DNA of 64,000 nt from Octopus sinensis (GCF_006345805.1 NC_043006.1:62248001-62312000), one strand, 5' to 3'. Counted from the stretch's first letter, positions 36,578 to 51,335 are shown. Notes: generated from the sequence alone by a model not told the origin. Program-made: numbers and translations.

Positions 36578-37549
36578 TCGTCGTTTCTCAATTTTGTTTC
36601 CATTTCTTGCCGAATGTCTTCTTAACACCTAGGACAAAGTAACTCACTGTATGCATTTTCAGATCATTAAAATAAACACACAAGATTAGTCAGTTATATA
36701 TCATGTGTTATAAAAAAAATGGGAAGAATGACAAAACGAAAGAATAAAAAAAGAAAATAATGATAAAAAGAAATCAATAAAAATTAAGGGGGAAAAGGAG
36801 AGAAAATTCACTGCGATAATGCTCTTCTCAGTACGTAGCAGTTAAGACAATCTTTGGACTTCCTGCATGGATGCTGAACCAGCAACCATCCTCAACATTT
36901 TAAGTTCTTTATATTGAACATTCCATGTACTCCTACAATCACTGCTGTCGTAACCGTCTTTTTCGATTTCAATCAGCACATCTTTATATTTTCTGCGCTT
37001 ATGAAACTCTTTTGCTGAGATATTATGATCACAAGCTATGCTCATGTCAATCAATATACTGATTTTATTATTTTTCTCTTTCACAACAATATCTGGTTTA
37101 TTTGCTTTGATGGTCCGGTCTGTTCATACTGGAAATCTCCAAACGATCGTTACATTTTCTCCCTCAGTTACACCCTCGGTGTGGTGCTTGTACCATTTGT
37201 CAGCAGTTTTCATTTTATAATGCCGACATATTATCAAGTGTAGAGAGATATTGGCAAACTCTCTCATGTTTTGATACTTACTCTATAGGTGATAAAACAT
37301 TACACCCAGACATTAGGTAATCCCCTGTATCAGCAGTTTAGGTCTACTCTATTTTTCATTACATTGGTTTGTTAGTTCCTGGTAAATAAGCTCTGACCTT
37401 GAGCAGCTGTAATAAAGCCTTCACCCTCTGCCTTTGTTCCCGAGCTTCGAGGGCACTGATGGGTGTACTTCTGATCTTGTTTGCTATGGGCCACATATTT
37501 AGCATGCAAAAATTGTTGTTCCCACCTGTCAGACAATTGTTGAAACGCT
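36578..37549 (-). mobile_element. 5'-truncated R4/Dong family A-like copy
   Basis: KRFNNCLTGGNNNFCMLNMWPIANK parallels KRTSNWLIGGRRNLCTANMWPVANK of 2437-4427; ILIDMSIACDHNISAKEF. 3' end cctaggtgttaagaagacattcggcaagaaat matches cctaggagttgggaagacactcggcaagaaat. Confidence 0.88.
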
Positions 37550-37723
<174 letters not shown>

Positions 37724-39769
37724 AGAGCAACAACTGAACTTGGGCTTGCGCTTTTGGTGATCCTAGATCTCTAAGCTTCCATCATTGACCCAAGTCCTAG
37801 ACATTTTTGCTTCAAGGATAATGCACCATTCATGTCATCTTATACAGTATATACGATGTACACTTTTCGTCTCTCCCCTACCTTAGAGCTCGTCATATAT
37901 TTTTGCATATAGGCCACACCCCAATTGTAAATTATACTTTTAATCTTTCTTTTATCTGCTGCCACTGAGGCAGATCAAATCATTATTTGTTTGCTGTTGC
38001 TTCTGTTGCTGTTGGTGTTTCTGTCGTTCTGTTGTTTTTGCTTTGTTTTTGTTGCTGTTGCTGTTGTTTTTGTTAATACATTTGTTGTTGCTTTCGTTTG
38101 AGTTCAAACGAAATGAAAATGTGAACATACAAATTAAAATTACATTTTAATTTGTATAAAATTATTGTGAATGAACATTGAAAAGCCTTTTAATATGCTT
38201 CCTTTGTGTACGTCATTTGTTGTACTATTTTATTACGAGCACACCTGATGGTTATTATTTTTTTACTCTTTTGTAATTATCGATCATTGAATGCTCTCTG
38301 TAACATCCTAAAGCAAACAGAAATACAATAGGTGCATTGTTTCAATGCCAACTGTTTTGATTATCGCATTCCTCCAAAAGTCAAACCAATTTGAATGATT
38401 GAAATATGTTGTCAGTGATTTATTTTAATAATCTTATATGTTGCTTAGTTTAGTTGGTGCCCAATGTGTTTCACATTGTGTTCGCTGCATTAATATATTT
38501 GCATTGATACGCGACCGGAAAACTACAAAATATGATAATACATAACTGCATGTTATGGATGTCGTTCATGCTTGTAGTAGATGTCGAGTGCATAATCGGT
38601 TAAGGTGTAAGATTACTGAGTTCAGCTTTGTGAACGCTAGTTCACTACACAACGTTATTCAGTAACTGACATACTTCGCACCTCAGAGTAAACATCACTT
38701 TCCAGGAAACAGCATGCCTTTATATGCGAACTAAGAGCTAGTTACAAGGATTGCAAGGCCAGATAGAAATTACTTACATTGAAATTTGTAAGCTGTCTTT
38801 TAAAAGTTATACAAAATATTCTGTTAGTATAACAAGATATTACATTAGTTCATTGTGCCAATATCATCCCTTGTGTTTTATATAGATCCCAGAAACACCA
38901 ACAGAATACAGAATAGAATTGATGATCAAACACTACCCTAAAGGACTTCTCCTGGTGGAGTACCTCGGCATGTCTTTCATGGTTATTTATATTATATTTA
39001 TTTCACTCATTAGATTGCGGTCATACTGGGACACTGCCTTCGATGGTTTAGCTAAACAAATCAGGGCCATGCTCCAGCATGGCGACAGTTAAATGACTGA
39101 AATAATAAAAGAATAAAAGAATACAAGAATGACTCGAATCAAATCCTTATTTTTTTCATCGCTTCTTTCTGCCGAACAACGTTTCCCTGACGAGGAACCA
39201 ACAAACGTGATTACAACAGTGAAACAGTAATAATAATAACAACAAACCTTTTTAATTTATCCCCATTTATGTGAAACCACTTATTCAAGTTCAAGTCATT
39301 GGTGCTATTTTATACGAATTGCTAATACACACACACACACACACATATACTAAGGGTGAAAAATTGAATATTAATTTGATTAATATGAATTGAAAACCAG
39401 TCGTGTAGCATATAAGACCATAGCGGATCTTCCTCTAGCAAAACGGATGACCACTATTGATGGCGCATCTCTGTTATATAATACTTTCACTTTAATAGTA
39501 TCACACTTGCAAAGAGAAAGTAGGAGAAAGTGTGGTGGCAATAGCAGGAGTAAACCACTTGAAATGAGAGAGGCAAATCGTAAAATATTGAGTTTTCTCG
39601 AATTTTTGCTTAATTGGGTGTCAAATTGAAAAAACTTTATATGCCATGACCCAATCGAATCTACTTCGAAAAATCATAGGTAAGTTCCAATTGAAGAAAT
39701 TCTATATTGTAGAATTGTATTAAAAAGGAACATGGGAACAGGCAGAGAAAATCTGCCTTTCATCATAAG

Positions 39770-39986
<217 letters not shown>

Positions 39987-40878
39987 CATAGTCTGATCAA
40001 TAAGTATCAGGATTTTTGCCATAGTAGCGAAGCTAAAGGACGCAGAGTAAAACTGCTGGCCAAAGACTGACCAGGAACACTGATGTACATGCACACCGAG
40101 TTTTAAAGTTGTAGTTCACTTCTTTTGTTTACAACAGTGCTTGGAATGAAGTGTGTGGCGTGTGATCATCAAACTGACCATGAGAGAGAAAGTTGTCATG
40201 GCGATATTCGATCAGAGGGCAACGCAAATATGCAGAAAGTGTATGGATAGGGGTGTATGAGCAGCACACAAGTGTACGAGTTACTCAGATGTTTCACTAT
40301 CGTTGAAAAAATGTCGATACTAAAAACGTTCTGGGAGACCCGTAACCAGCAGATCTGAGTAACACATCGCAGATGTGCGTGCAACTGTGAGTAGAAATCG
40401 TTGAATCACCATCTGCAAGTCATCAGAGTATGTGCAGATTATTTGCGGTTCAGTTCAGGCCATCATCACTGAAGATTTGGGTATGAGAAGCGTGTCTGCC
40501 AAGTTTGAGTCAAAGGTGCTTTTAGCTGACCAAAAAGACACCCGGGTTTCAGTTGTGAAAGTTCTCCTTGATTGTATCGAGAACGATAAAAACTTTTTGA
40601 AAACTTTGCATAGGCCACTGAGCAGGTATCGCCAAACTTTTGGCAACAGTTTAGACAGATTCTCTGCTCAACTTTCTCTGCCATGGTAAATGCTACGATC
40701 ACACGTTACACACATTCCTTCCAAACACTGCTGTAAACAGCGGAAGTGAGTTAGAACGTTAAAACTTAGTGCGCATGCTTATCAGAGCTCAAAGTCGATT
40801 TGTACCCAGCGACTTTATCATGCGTCCATTAACTTCGTTACTATGGTAATATTCATGATAGTTATTGATCAGACCACG
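39987..40878. mobile_element. Non-autonomous mariner derivative with two left ends (~890 bp), TA-flanked
   Basis: Terminal gtctgatcaataa.tatca inverted repeats extend ~210 bp to an ATG in each arm. Plus arm continues GRP...EDLGMRSVSAKF; minus arm reads MAEKVEQRICL. Confidence 0.85.
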
Positions 40879-42521
40879 TATGTGTGTTTATGTGTGTGTG
40901 TAGAAATATTAAGTATTTCATTTAACTTATTGAACACAGTCCAACATATTCATTTATATTTATGCAAATGGAGGGGATTAGATGTTAAAATGAATAGCTT
41001 TTATTACTCATGTTGCTATACAATTGTTTCGTACTGAAAGACAAGATATTAAAATTCGTATTAGAAAATGTGAGTTGTCAGAAAGCACTCGTCATTAGCT
41101 TATATAACAACTAGAATGATGTTACAATTACAAAGGTGTGGTGTTATTAATCATTTCGCAATGTGTTTTTGTTCTTGGAGTCATGTCTATTTACATAATG
41201 TCATTTATTAAAACAGCAAAATTTCCAGATTCCCGTTCGTTGGAAAGTTGTGATGAACAATGAATTGAAATCGTGATTGTACATTAAAAATATAGTTATA
41301 TGTAATGTAACTCAAATCAACGAATAAGCATTTAAATTTGATTGGGCGGCAGGTTTTCAAAATATAACATTGTAATTTTCGTTACATGTTGGGCGGTAGG
41401 GGTATGTGGAAATATGCAGTAAAGTATAAAAATAAATATGAGATCGAAAACATAACCTTGCGTGAAATATGGGGAATATGCAGAAAATAAATAATTAATA
41501 ATTAATATTTCGTAATGAGATTGGAAGAACATGAGATTAAAAATAAATAAGGTCAATAACGATCTTACAGTGTACAAATATAAATATATACATAAAAACA
41601 TATATGGGCATATATACTTATATATAGATATATATACGTATATATGAGTACACAGAAACATAATAATATGCTCATACACATACAGACACACACACATACC
41701 ACATAGACACATCCATTCATATTACAAACACATAAAATGCACATATATGTGTGTACATATACAGATGAGTGCAAATATATTTGCGTATGCATACGCGTGT
41801 ATATACATCTACGGTGTACATACATGAATATAAATTCGCAATTGCAAGAAAGAAAAAAGGTAAAGAAAAGGGAAGAAATAACGAAAGCGTTATTAGACTG
41901 TGGCTGTAGGGAGAGGAAATAGAAAATAAAGGAAGAGGAACCAAGAATTGCGGGGAAAGAGGAGAGAGAAAGAGAGAAGCAACTGGTATGGTTTATAAAA
42001 CCGGGAACGGTGGGTAAGTTAGATGATCTTCTTGTGAATATAGTTGTAGCGAATCAATACCGAAGAAGCAGACTAGTGAGAGATTATAGAGCGGTAGTAA
42101 AGCATCGTATAATAAATGTATAGAAGGAATATAAGGACATCTATACATGACAATAAGTATTAAATAAGTATATATATATACGTGCATACACATACATATA
42201 TATGCACATACATAGAAACAAATATACTTATGCACACACAAACACACATACACTCCCAAAGCCGCACACCGAATATTTATAGATTCTTATAAACGCCTGT
42301 AAAATACATACATATACACACAACACACTTGCTTTATTCATTCGTAGGTAAGAGACCAATGTGTTAAATATATGAAAGTAAGAGAACGACTAGAAAAATT
42401 AAGTTAGCGCATCCATAAACGGAAGTGATAAAAAAATTAAATAAATTTAAACGAAATATTAAATCGTAAATAAAGCTAAAATACATTTTGTTAGGTGATA
42501 TCATTCATTTGGATGTACCTT

Positions 42522-42632
42522 ACACATTTTATAAAATGCAAAACGGCAAATATTTATACACACATTTAATAAAGTACAAAACAGCAAGTGTTTATACACA
42601 TATTTTATAAAGTACAAATTAGCAAATATAAG
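42522..42632. repeat. Three-copy ~38-bp AT-rich minisatellite
   Basis: acacattttataaaatgcaaaacggcaaatatttatac / acacatttaataaagtacaaaacagcaagtgtttatac / acatattttataaagtacaaattagcaaata. Confidence 0.8.
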
Positions 42633-42999
42633 GTAAGCCGAACAAAATGATCAGTGTTATAAGAATAGAAATTATAAGACGTAAATTGGATAATAAGTAG
42701 AGCTTGCAAAGACTTCAGATGTACACGAATTATGATAATGAATTTCTCTGTGGACATGCGTTTAAAATTATAAATTATAATTTAGAAAGTTAGAATTAAA
42801 AATTGAAGTCGGTTAGCAAAAGTTAATGATAAGGTTTTGTAGAGTTCGTTAGGAAAAAACAGATGGGGCCGTTCGAAATTGTTGAAATAGCTTTTGAAAT
42901 AGTTGAAGGTCGTTTTACCGTGTATTTTGAATAAGAATAAAAATTAAATTAGGCTGGTTTATATTCGGTAAAGACAGAGGATATCGGGACCAAATATTT

Positions 43000-44260
43000 T
43001 CTATCCGGATGGAATTGTTTGGCATTTCATAAGATATTTGGTAGTGTGGCTATACAATGGTTCAGGTGCTCTTTCTCCCGGTATAGGGTATGTCGGCGAG
43101 CTAGCAGAATCGTTAGCACGTCGGGCGAAATGCTTAGCGGTATTTCGGCTGCCGTTACGTTGTGAGTTCAAATTCCACCGAGGTCGACTTTGCCTTTCAT
43201 CCTTTCGGGGTCGGTAAATTAAGTACCAGTTAAGCACTGGGGTGGATATAATCGACTTAATACCTATGTCTGTCCATGTTTGTCCCTTCTATGTTTAGCC
43301 CCTTGTGGGTAATAAAGAAATAGGTATAGAGTATGTCTACCAGCAATAGAATATAGAAGTGTTCGCTCAGGCATAAATTGGGGTTCTCATTAGGTGTTTT
43401 TACGGGGCAGCCTTTTCTAAAATAGACCAGTAGATTTTAAACGGCGAAGAACCCGCTTCATTAAATACCATATATGTTTTGCCAGGCGCGTTGTAGTTCT
43501 ATTTTCCGAGTGCGTAAAATAATTTCTATGTTGATATAGCATCGTTTTCAAAGAATTTTCTATAGAGCCAGTATTTGTCTCGTATGCACCCATTTTATCC
43601 ATCCTGACTTCGGCTCTACAGGCTATGCCTTTGATTAGGCAATTACCTCCTAAATGACAGCAACTATGGGTTATCTCTTTCTCTAGCACCGTCAGTTTTG
43701 TTTACGATCTTTGCGCTGTACCGGTTTATTAGAAAGGCTTGAGAGGTAAAATGTTTGGGGCAACAATAGTTAACAAGGGTTCTTCTATGGAAGATTCTAT
43801 GGCATTTATGTTTGGCTTGAAAGTGCCTAGAAGCTAAATTTAAATATTCTTTGCCTATATTACTTCTAACGGTGAAAGATAGATTGAACCCCCGAAACCC
43901 TATTAGTGCTAGTCCTAAGCGGTCTACTGTGGTTACATTCGTTAGTAATATATTGGATTTTCTCTGAGAATCCACTGCTATTCAGAGCATGACTATGTGC
44001 GGGGTGGCATTTTGAAAAGCTGTTCCGTTCGAAATATGCTTTCCTATGTTGCTAACTATATTCCTAAGAATGTCAGGTAGGTGATAGGATCCTTTGTCAA
44101 TGTAGTAGAGCCTTTCATTAAGCTTCGAAAGGGGTTAAAATTATTTGATTCTTAGTCAAGATCAAGCTCTAAAAAATTAACATTACTAAGGTTGTACGTA
44201 TTCAAAATTCTGAAGCTCACTCTTTGGAAGAATACAATAAAATTCTCTCTAAGGACATCG
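43000..44260 (-). mobile_element. Penelope-like (Neptune-type) remnant: RT C-terminus, linker and GIY-YIG endonuclease
   Basis: YYIDKGSYHLPDILRNIV; RKSNI...VRSNIGKEYLNLASRHF; CCHLGGNCLIKGI; TTRLAKHIWYL; IYWSILEKA. Interrupted by a SINE. Confidence 0.85.
43095..43322 (+). mobile_element. Full-length tRNA-derived SINE with 15-bp target-site duplication
   Basis: ggcgagctagcagaatcgttagc...gagttcaaattcc...gaggtcgactttgcctttcatcctttcggggtcg. TSD ggtatagggtatgtc (43080-43094) and ggtatagagtatgtc (43323-43337). Confidence 0.9.
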
Positions 44261-45238
44261 TTCATATTACGGGTGACAATAAGACTATTTTACCTATATA
44301 ATCCTTATATATATGCGTCTGTGTGTGTGTGTGCGCGCGCGTTTGTGTGTAATCATATATATATATAAGAATAAAAATATGGTCAGGCGGATGACAGAGG
44401 AACAGACGAAAAAATGCACATAGGACAAAGACATACTCAGTCCACATATGTTATCGGGGAAAAATCAACACAATTTCAAAAAAACCTGCTGAAATTAATG
44501 AGTGGACACACGGAACAGTGTCGAAAACATGAGATTATAAACAACGACAGAATGAGGACAAGACAAAATGAAAGCGACAGAGGTAGTTCTTATGCATTAT
44601 AAATATATGCGTATATATAAGCGTCTTACGTCTATCAGACGGCATTAAGACAGGATATGTGCAGAAGTAAGGCTAATGGTAAAATGTCGCATGCGACTTC
44701 AAAAGAAAATTAAAGAGATAGAAGGATGGGAGGAAGGAAGGTCAGCGGTCAAGCAGGAAAAGAATGAATGAACGAGAGGGTAAGGGGTGGTTATGTGGTA
44801 CAGAAAAGGTAGGAGGAGAAAGATATTATTAATGCGTAGTGAGAAAGGCAGAGGGTGGAGAAGAGGTAAGTCTCCTTCAAAGACGACGTTGATAAGGAAG
44901 CGGGGAATGGAAGAATACATAGGAAGAAAAGCGTGAAGGGGGAGCGAGAGAGGGGGGTGGAAAATAGTTGACAGAAGTTGACGGAGGAAGAAATGGAAAC
45001 TAGATAGAAAGAGAAAATTGGCAGACAGAAAGTGACGCTTGGTAGAGATATGGATTGCGGAAAGAAAGAAAGGTAATAAATGAATGGTGCACCGGAAAAA
45101 GATGGAGAATGATAAAGTGAGAGGGATAAACAGAAAAAAAACAAAAACAATAGAAGTAAGGTGGTCAGAGGGAAGATTGACAAAGAGGAAAGGAAAAGAA
45201 AGAAAGAGCATCGGAATTTACGTGCAGTGTGTACTCAC

Positions 45239-45342
45239 ATGAATATGAAAATGGGAATAAAAATCTAGTATAAACATGGTATATATAATCATGCTCAGCG
45301 CGGCCTGAATCTTGAATTCTAACTCCATCAGGGTGAAATATT
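45239..45342 (-). CDS. Candidate internal exon (YFTLMELEFKIQAALSMIIYTMFILDFYSHFHIH in one of two open frames)
   Basis: Acceptor ttccgtttccag, donor CAT|gtgagt, 104 nt. Phase-compatible with the 53256-53364 candidate. Confidence 0.3.
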
Positions 45343-45761
45343 CTGGAAACGGAAAGTTCGTTTAGAAGATCGATATTGTGCATTATGAAAGTTGAAACGC
45401 ACAAATGATAACAGATGTACGGAATGTATTCATGTGGAAAGCTGTATATGCAGCTTTTCATGTCATCAAGTCTTATCTCAAGATTTTTTTCGAATGGTTT
45501 ATGATTAGTTGTTAAAACAACGCATTTATGCAAGCAGATGCAATACTAAAGAAATATCTCATGTAAACGTAAATGTAAAGCAAAGTATAAACTAGCATAG
45601 ATCCTGATCGTTTCAGCAGCAGAATCACAACATGCTTCTCAGAGGATGTAAACATTCCTTATACCCGTCCACGCTTATCTTTGTACACACACACACACAG
45701 AAACAAACATCCACACATACACTTGCACACACATATATACACACACGCACAAAAACGCACT

Positions 45762-45806
<45 letters not shown>

Positions 45807-46429
45807 CTCTGTGTGTGTACATGTATATATATATATATATATGAATGAAATTCCAATAGTTTTATTATTTGCCTCTTTACAATATTACAATTTTACAATA
45901 TTGAAATATATATTTACGTCCATACGTTACGCGGGCATCGGGTTTATGTAATGACAGTCATGTTCCACAATTGACAACTGTATAAAAATAGCTATATATA
46001 AAAGAAAGATCGTTGGAAAAAAGACCGAAGTATATTTCAGTGGGTGTTTAATAAACTATTACCGGTTTCGATGTATCCATCTTGTTAAATGTTAGAAATA
46101 TTAGAAATAATTTTGTGGGGAGATAATGATAAAAAAAAATTGTGGGTGGAGTTTAACATTTTGTACCTAAATTTAAGTTCTGAATGAAACTTTTCTTTAG
46201 TCAGTCTCTTATAAATGTTTTGGCTATGCAGTTTCAAGAGTTCAAGTTTCAAGAAGTCTTTTGAACTGAATGGGAAACCTCTTATTCCTGGTTTAACCAG
46301 TTTTGTGTGTGTGTGTTTGGAATCTATTGTTAAATCATTTTTCTTTTCTCCTTTTTCTATTGGCAGAAAATGGTTAAATGTTTTTAAGATTATTTAGAGA
46401 ATTAGGGTGGAATTAGTTACCAGTTGTAT

Positions 46430-46620
46430 ATTCACTAAACTGAATATTCCGTTTAACCTGGCAAAACGAATTTGTACAATTATGTTAGACCCATCTAAGT
46501 GTGGACAAAGACGGGAAGAACTTAAAACATACTCATCCGAAGAGCATTCCCACTAGGACTAATTACCAATGGAATAGATAGGGAAAATATATTGGTGCCC
46601 AGGAACAAAGGAAAACGAAA
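46430..46620 (+). pseudogene. Penelope-like RT C-terminal fragment
   Basis: LNIPFNLAKRICTIMLDP...RREELK resembles the PLE NIP(F/Y)xLAxRIxxI motif. Confidence 0.7.
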
Positions 46621-46956
46621 TATCCAAACAAAGAAAAATATTTTTTCCATATGTGTCAATCTTGTAAAAAAAAAATTCTTTTTTTTTTCTCTATTGAGAT
46701 AAAATTGTTAAATGTTTCTTTTGAAGATAGTCATTCAGAGAATTAGTGTGCAATCATTTACCATTTGTTTTGTTTTATATGTGTATGTGTGTTTGTACGT
46801 GTGTGTGCTTGGGGGAGTAATTTTCTTTCTATCTTTTTTCCTATTGAGGGGATATGGTCAGAATGACATTATTATCATATATTTGTGTGTGATTTACATA
46901 TATTTACATGTATGTATATGTGTAGATGAATATATCTATATCTATCTATCTATCTA

Positions 46957-47036
<80 letters not shown>

Positions 47037-47285
47037 TGTATGTATGTATATGTATGTATATGCATGTATGCATATTTGTATATACAAATAATTGAGATTC
47101 GTTTTAATTGGGTTCTTAAGTCAGTCCGGTATTATCCGCAAAACTCGAAGTAAGCTGAATAAAATCAAAATAAGCAACAGGATATAAAGAAATGATGCAG
47201 CACGACCGGTTCAAGCGGCTCTATTTAATTGAACAATGCAATCCTGACATCAGTTTAAAAGCAGGGCTATAATCCGCTGCGCAAA

Positions 47286-47320
<35 letters not shown>

Positions 47321-47689
47321 ATAGAATTTTAATCAGACGGACACGTTAATATAATTTTACTCAAATACTCTAAAAGTGCAAGAAGATGAAAGAATTCCAT
47401 GTTGTCGCTATTGTAGCTAAGAATATACTACACTTCCAGGAAATGCATGAATCGTGTTTGGGTCATAGCTTATAAAGGATTGTGGTTCATTTCCACTTTA
47501 TTTGTCTTTTTATCAACTACTAAATCTAAGACTAGATGACTGTGTCTGTTTAAAATAGAGGGCAAGTGTGAATTGATAGCTCATTGCTTGGTATGTTCAT
47601 AAATATTGTCAAACTTTTAGGAGTAGTAACTTGGGTATAAAGTAAGTGTCTAGTTTAGTTTAGATAATAAAGGTAGTGAGGTGACGGTG

Positions 47690-48250
47690 CAGGTTACTCC
47701 ACCCTATAATGATAAGCAAACCTTCTCTGGAATGTAGCAACCCGTACATGGACATCTTGTGCGTGGTTTTTCCTATTAGTTATTCTTTAGTCCAGTTTAG
47801 GAAAGCAACAGAAACTGTAGGTGCAAAAAGATTGCACATGGAGACAACATGATCAATGGTTTCCTTTTGTTGTTTACATACGTGACATGTTGGGCTACTG
47901 CCCCTGTATAATATGTTGACCTGGAAGTTCATTGTAGGTATTGATATTGGACTGCCATGATAAACCCGTCTGATTCTGATTTTAATCCAGAAGACACATT
48001 AACGGGTAAGCGCTTTCTCAACATCAGCTTTGTTAGATCTCTTTGGTATTTGCCATTTATCAGAATATCTAAGGTAGCAGTTTTAGCATGGGTTTTCATA
48101 CGATTAACTTTTCTGTGCATGTTTCCAGTACGTCTACTTCTGAGATTTGTTGTATTTGGAATTCACTTAAATATTATTTTGCCTGTTAGTTTACTGAGAA
48201 AGATGATTTTTTTTTGTTTTCTGGGGGAACTCATCCCTCTCTAATTTTGT
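47690..48250 (-). pseudogene. Decayed R4-clade LINE fragment
   Basis: SSGLKSESDGFIMAVQ; CHVCKQQKETIDHVVSMC. Confidence 0.75.
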
Positions 48251-51200
48251 AACAGCTGATTTCTACAAACCATATAAAAATTGGAGTGTTGTGACAGAGA
48301 GAATAATTATTGTCTCATTACTTGGTTGGTTCGTTATTTATCATCCCTAAGAGTGACGAAACGCAAAGTTAGCATCCACAGAATTGAACTCGTTTTGGGC
48401 TTGCAGAGAACTGTTGATGCTAATTCCCCACGTGTTGCTTAACAACACAGTTATTATCATCATTCTTTTATTTTGTTTCCTTACTTTCTACAACACTTCA
48501 TTAACTTACTCTCTTCTCCGTCCCCGATCTTTTAATTTGGATAGACACACACACATACATTCATACATACATACATGTATATATAAATTCGAGATATTTT
48601 TTTTACATACACTAATTCTTGTGTGTATATGTGTCTATGTCTGTGTTTATGAGTTTGTATGTATGTGTATGTTTGTCAATATTAATACAGCTAGATATTT
48701 ATCATATTTAACTTATATAGATAATATAAGGGACATTAATTAATGAATGAACATTTACATACAAGCGCTAAGAGGAGTAGCGCCGTATGTCTTTAACTAC
48801 CATATCATATAGCTATTATAACACAGTAAGGAAGTCAATATTCGCGCGAATGTCGTATGTTATTAAGAAATTGAATGTTTTATATATGTAAATTAATTCT
48901 CTGGTGGTTAATAAATGAAACTCGAAAGATACAAGTATTCCAAATTATATAGTTTGTATGATCATTCCCGTTTTATTTAGTAGTTCTAAAGTATTTGAAA
49001 GTATAAAGAAAAAATATTGCTAAACAATATATTTGTTTCGCGTGAGACTTTCAAATTGTTTTTTTTTTCCGAAAGCAATCAATTTAGTTAATACTTAGTT
49101 CAGAAGTATACGCTGTAAACTGTTATTTTGAAAATATAATATGTATTTTGATGAAAACAATGTCCAGGAATATAAAGTCGTTTACATCGTTTTGGGATAA
49201 TATTTGTAAATTTTATGCAATGATCTAAAGATATGCAAATATTCGAAATAATATAGATAAAAGAGGGGAGCCAATATATTCTAAAGCCGGTTGTATGAAG
49301 GTGGGGCTTGATTTTTTAAAAATATTGTTTAAAATGTGTTTACATATATTTGAATAAGTGCTCGTAGCCATTACCATAAGTCCATTATTTAAAATCATAA
49401 TAAATTCTCTTCTCTTGGGTCTGAAGATTTGTCGCATTAGTTATCATCAAACGAAACATTTTTTTTTTTAAATACATTCTTTCTACAAGCTTTAGATTTC
49501 AGATAACTTTCAGCTTAACTGAAAATATATTTTCGTCGATACACATCGATTGTCGTAGTAGATAATATTTTCTTAATTCAAATGACCTGAAATATTTTCA
49601 TTGACTTTAATTCCCACGTCACTTTTACCTTATAGAGATATACTTCTAGAAAGGTGTTCAATGCTTTTGCTTGGTCTATTAGAAATGGAAATTAAATCTT
49701 GCTTGAATTTGATCTAAATTCTCACGAAAGAATGAAATGTCATAATGTCTGTAATTCTTTCAATTCGAAAGTTTCGCATAGCGCTGTGGTGCTTTAGCTT
49801 GTAAAACTCATCAACTACTGCTACTCACCGTGATTGTTATTTTCGATGATTTCCTAACACACACACAAATGCAAACACACACACACACACACGCATAAGT
49901 GGTGTGTTTTCTAGATTGCATTTACATTCCAAATAAAATATAAATAAACAAAACATCTACAATAGCAGAGAGTACACAGGAAGTAACTTTCTTTGTGGAA
50001 TCATTTCATATGCTTTATATGAACTTGAGAGATTCACATATATGTTACAAATACAAATTAAAGTAGGCGGCTATCAATACCAACAGTATGGAAATGCAAA
50101 TCATTCACATGTAGGGTTTACAGTTTAATTCGTCGTATCTTCCTATAGATAGAAGCCGGTTCAACTATTGTTGAAATTTCCATTGCCACGAAGTGAAGGA
50201 ACTCATTTATTTTACGGCAACATAAGTAGTTTCAATTAAAACTGTCTGAAAGCGCTCTAATGGAGAAACAGCGACCTTTAATCTGCGGCTTGCTGTTTCC
50301 GCCCCTTGTCGTAATATTCGTTGGATGGATCGGAAACTCTAAAATGTTTCTGTTGTGAGATGACTGCATCATCTCATACCAATAAGCGACGCGATACGTT
50401 TATAAAACAGGTCATCTCCTCTGGGCAATTATCAAATTTTTATATCAATCTAGTGATGTTCACTATGCTGCAGCCAATATTATTTCAGTGCATAGGCCAC
50501 CTCTCATAACATTGTGATGCATAGTAATCGTCTCTTATCGATTTCTGCAACATGTCTGTACTTTAATATATGATACACATATTAGACCACGCGGAGAGAT
50601 AGAGACAGAGAAAGCCACACGAATTTGGAAAAAAAAACAGTTGACCATTTTGAAAATCCGAGAGAGAACTGAGGAGTGTTGCATGAAACAGTCGGCTCAC
50701 GCTCCAGTATCAAACATACAAGATGCCCTTTCATTTTGTACACTTGCAAACACATGATTGACATTGCCTAAAAACAACTGGCATATTCTAGTGTTTCCTT
50801 GATTTTCTTTTAACATTAGTAATCTCTGTTATGGGAAATGAACCCGTCAGACGATAATACTTTACCTTCCAGTGAAAAGATAGACATTGTGAAATGTCAT
50901 ACGCTGACTTGATTCATCCAACTCTATTATTAGGCGAGTTGTTCGCAAATACCTATTGGACCTCAATGGAAATTTAGTTAATATCTATTAATGTCTTCAT
51001 AAGATGACCACTGGTGACAGAGATAAGGTGAACGATGCACCCATACGATGCTGGTGTGCGGGAGATCTACGTTTATGTAGATTCCCCCGCATGCCAAACG
51101 ATTATTTAACATGGCATGCCCCTGATGTGGGTGAAGTTTTACTAGTTCAAGTAATTCATGACATTTTAGCATTTCTAAAAGGTGAGAAACATGAAGCGAT

Positions 51201-51297
51201 ATGTGTGGGTGTGTGCAGATATGTGTGTGTGTGTGGGTGCGTATAAGTCTGCGCGTGCGCCTCTGTTAGTGTGTAAATAGATATATGTATATATATA

Positions 51298-51335
<38 letters not shown>

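Noticed and set aside
44699-45211. Overlapping F/L/S-rich minus-strand ORFs resembling membrane proteins
   Set aside because: They come from a purine-rich low-complexity tract that lacks stops on the pyrimidine strand.
48340-48375. ctaagagtgacgaaacgcaaagtta hammerhead-like string
   Set aside because: The core lacks a nucleotide, helix II is only 1 bp, and helix I does not pair.
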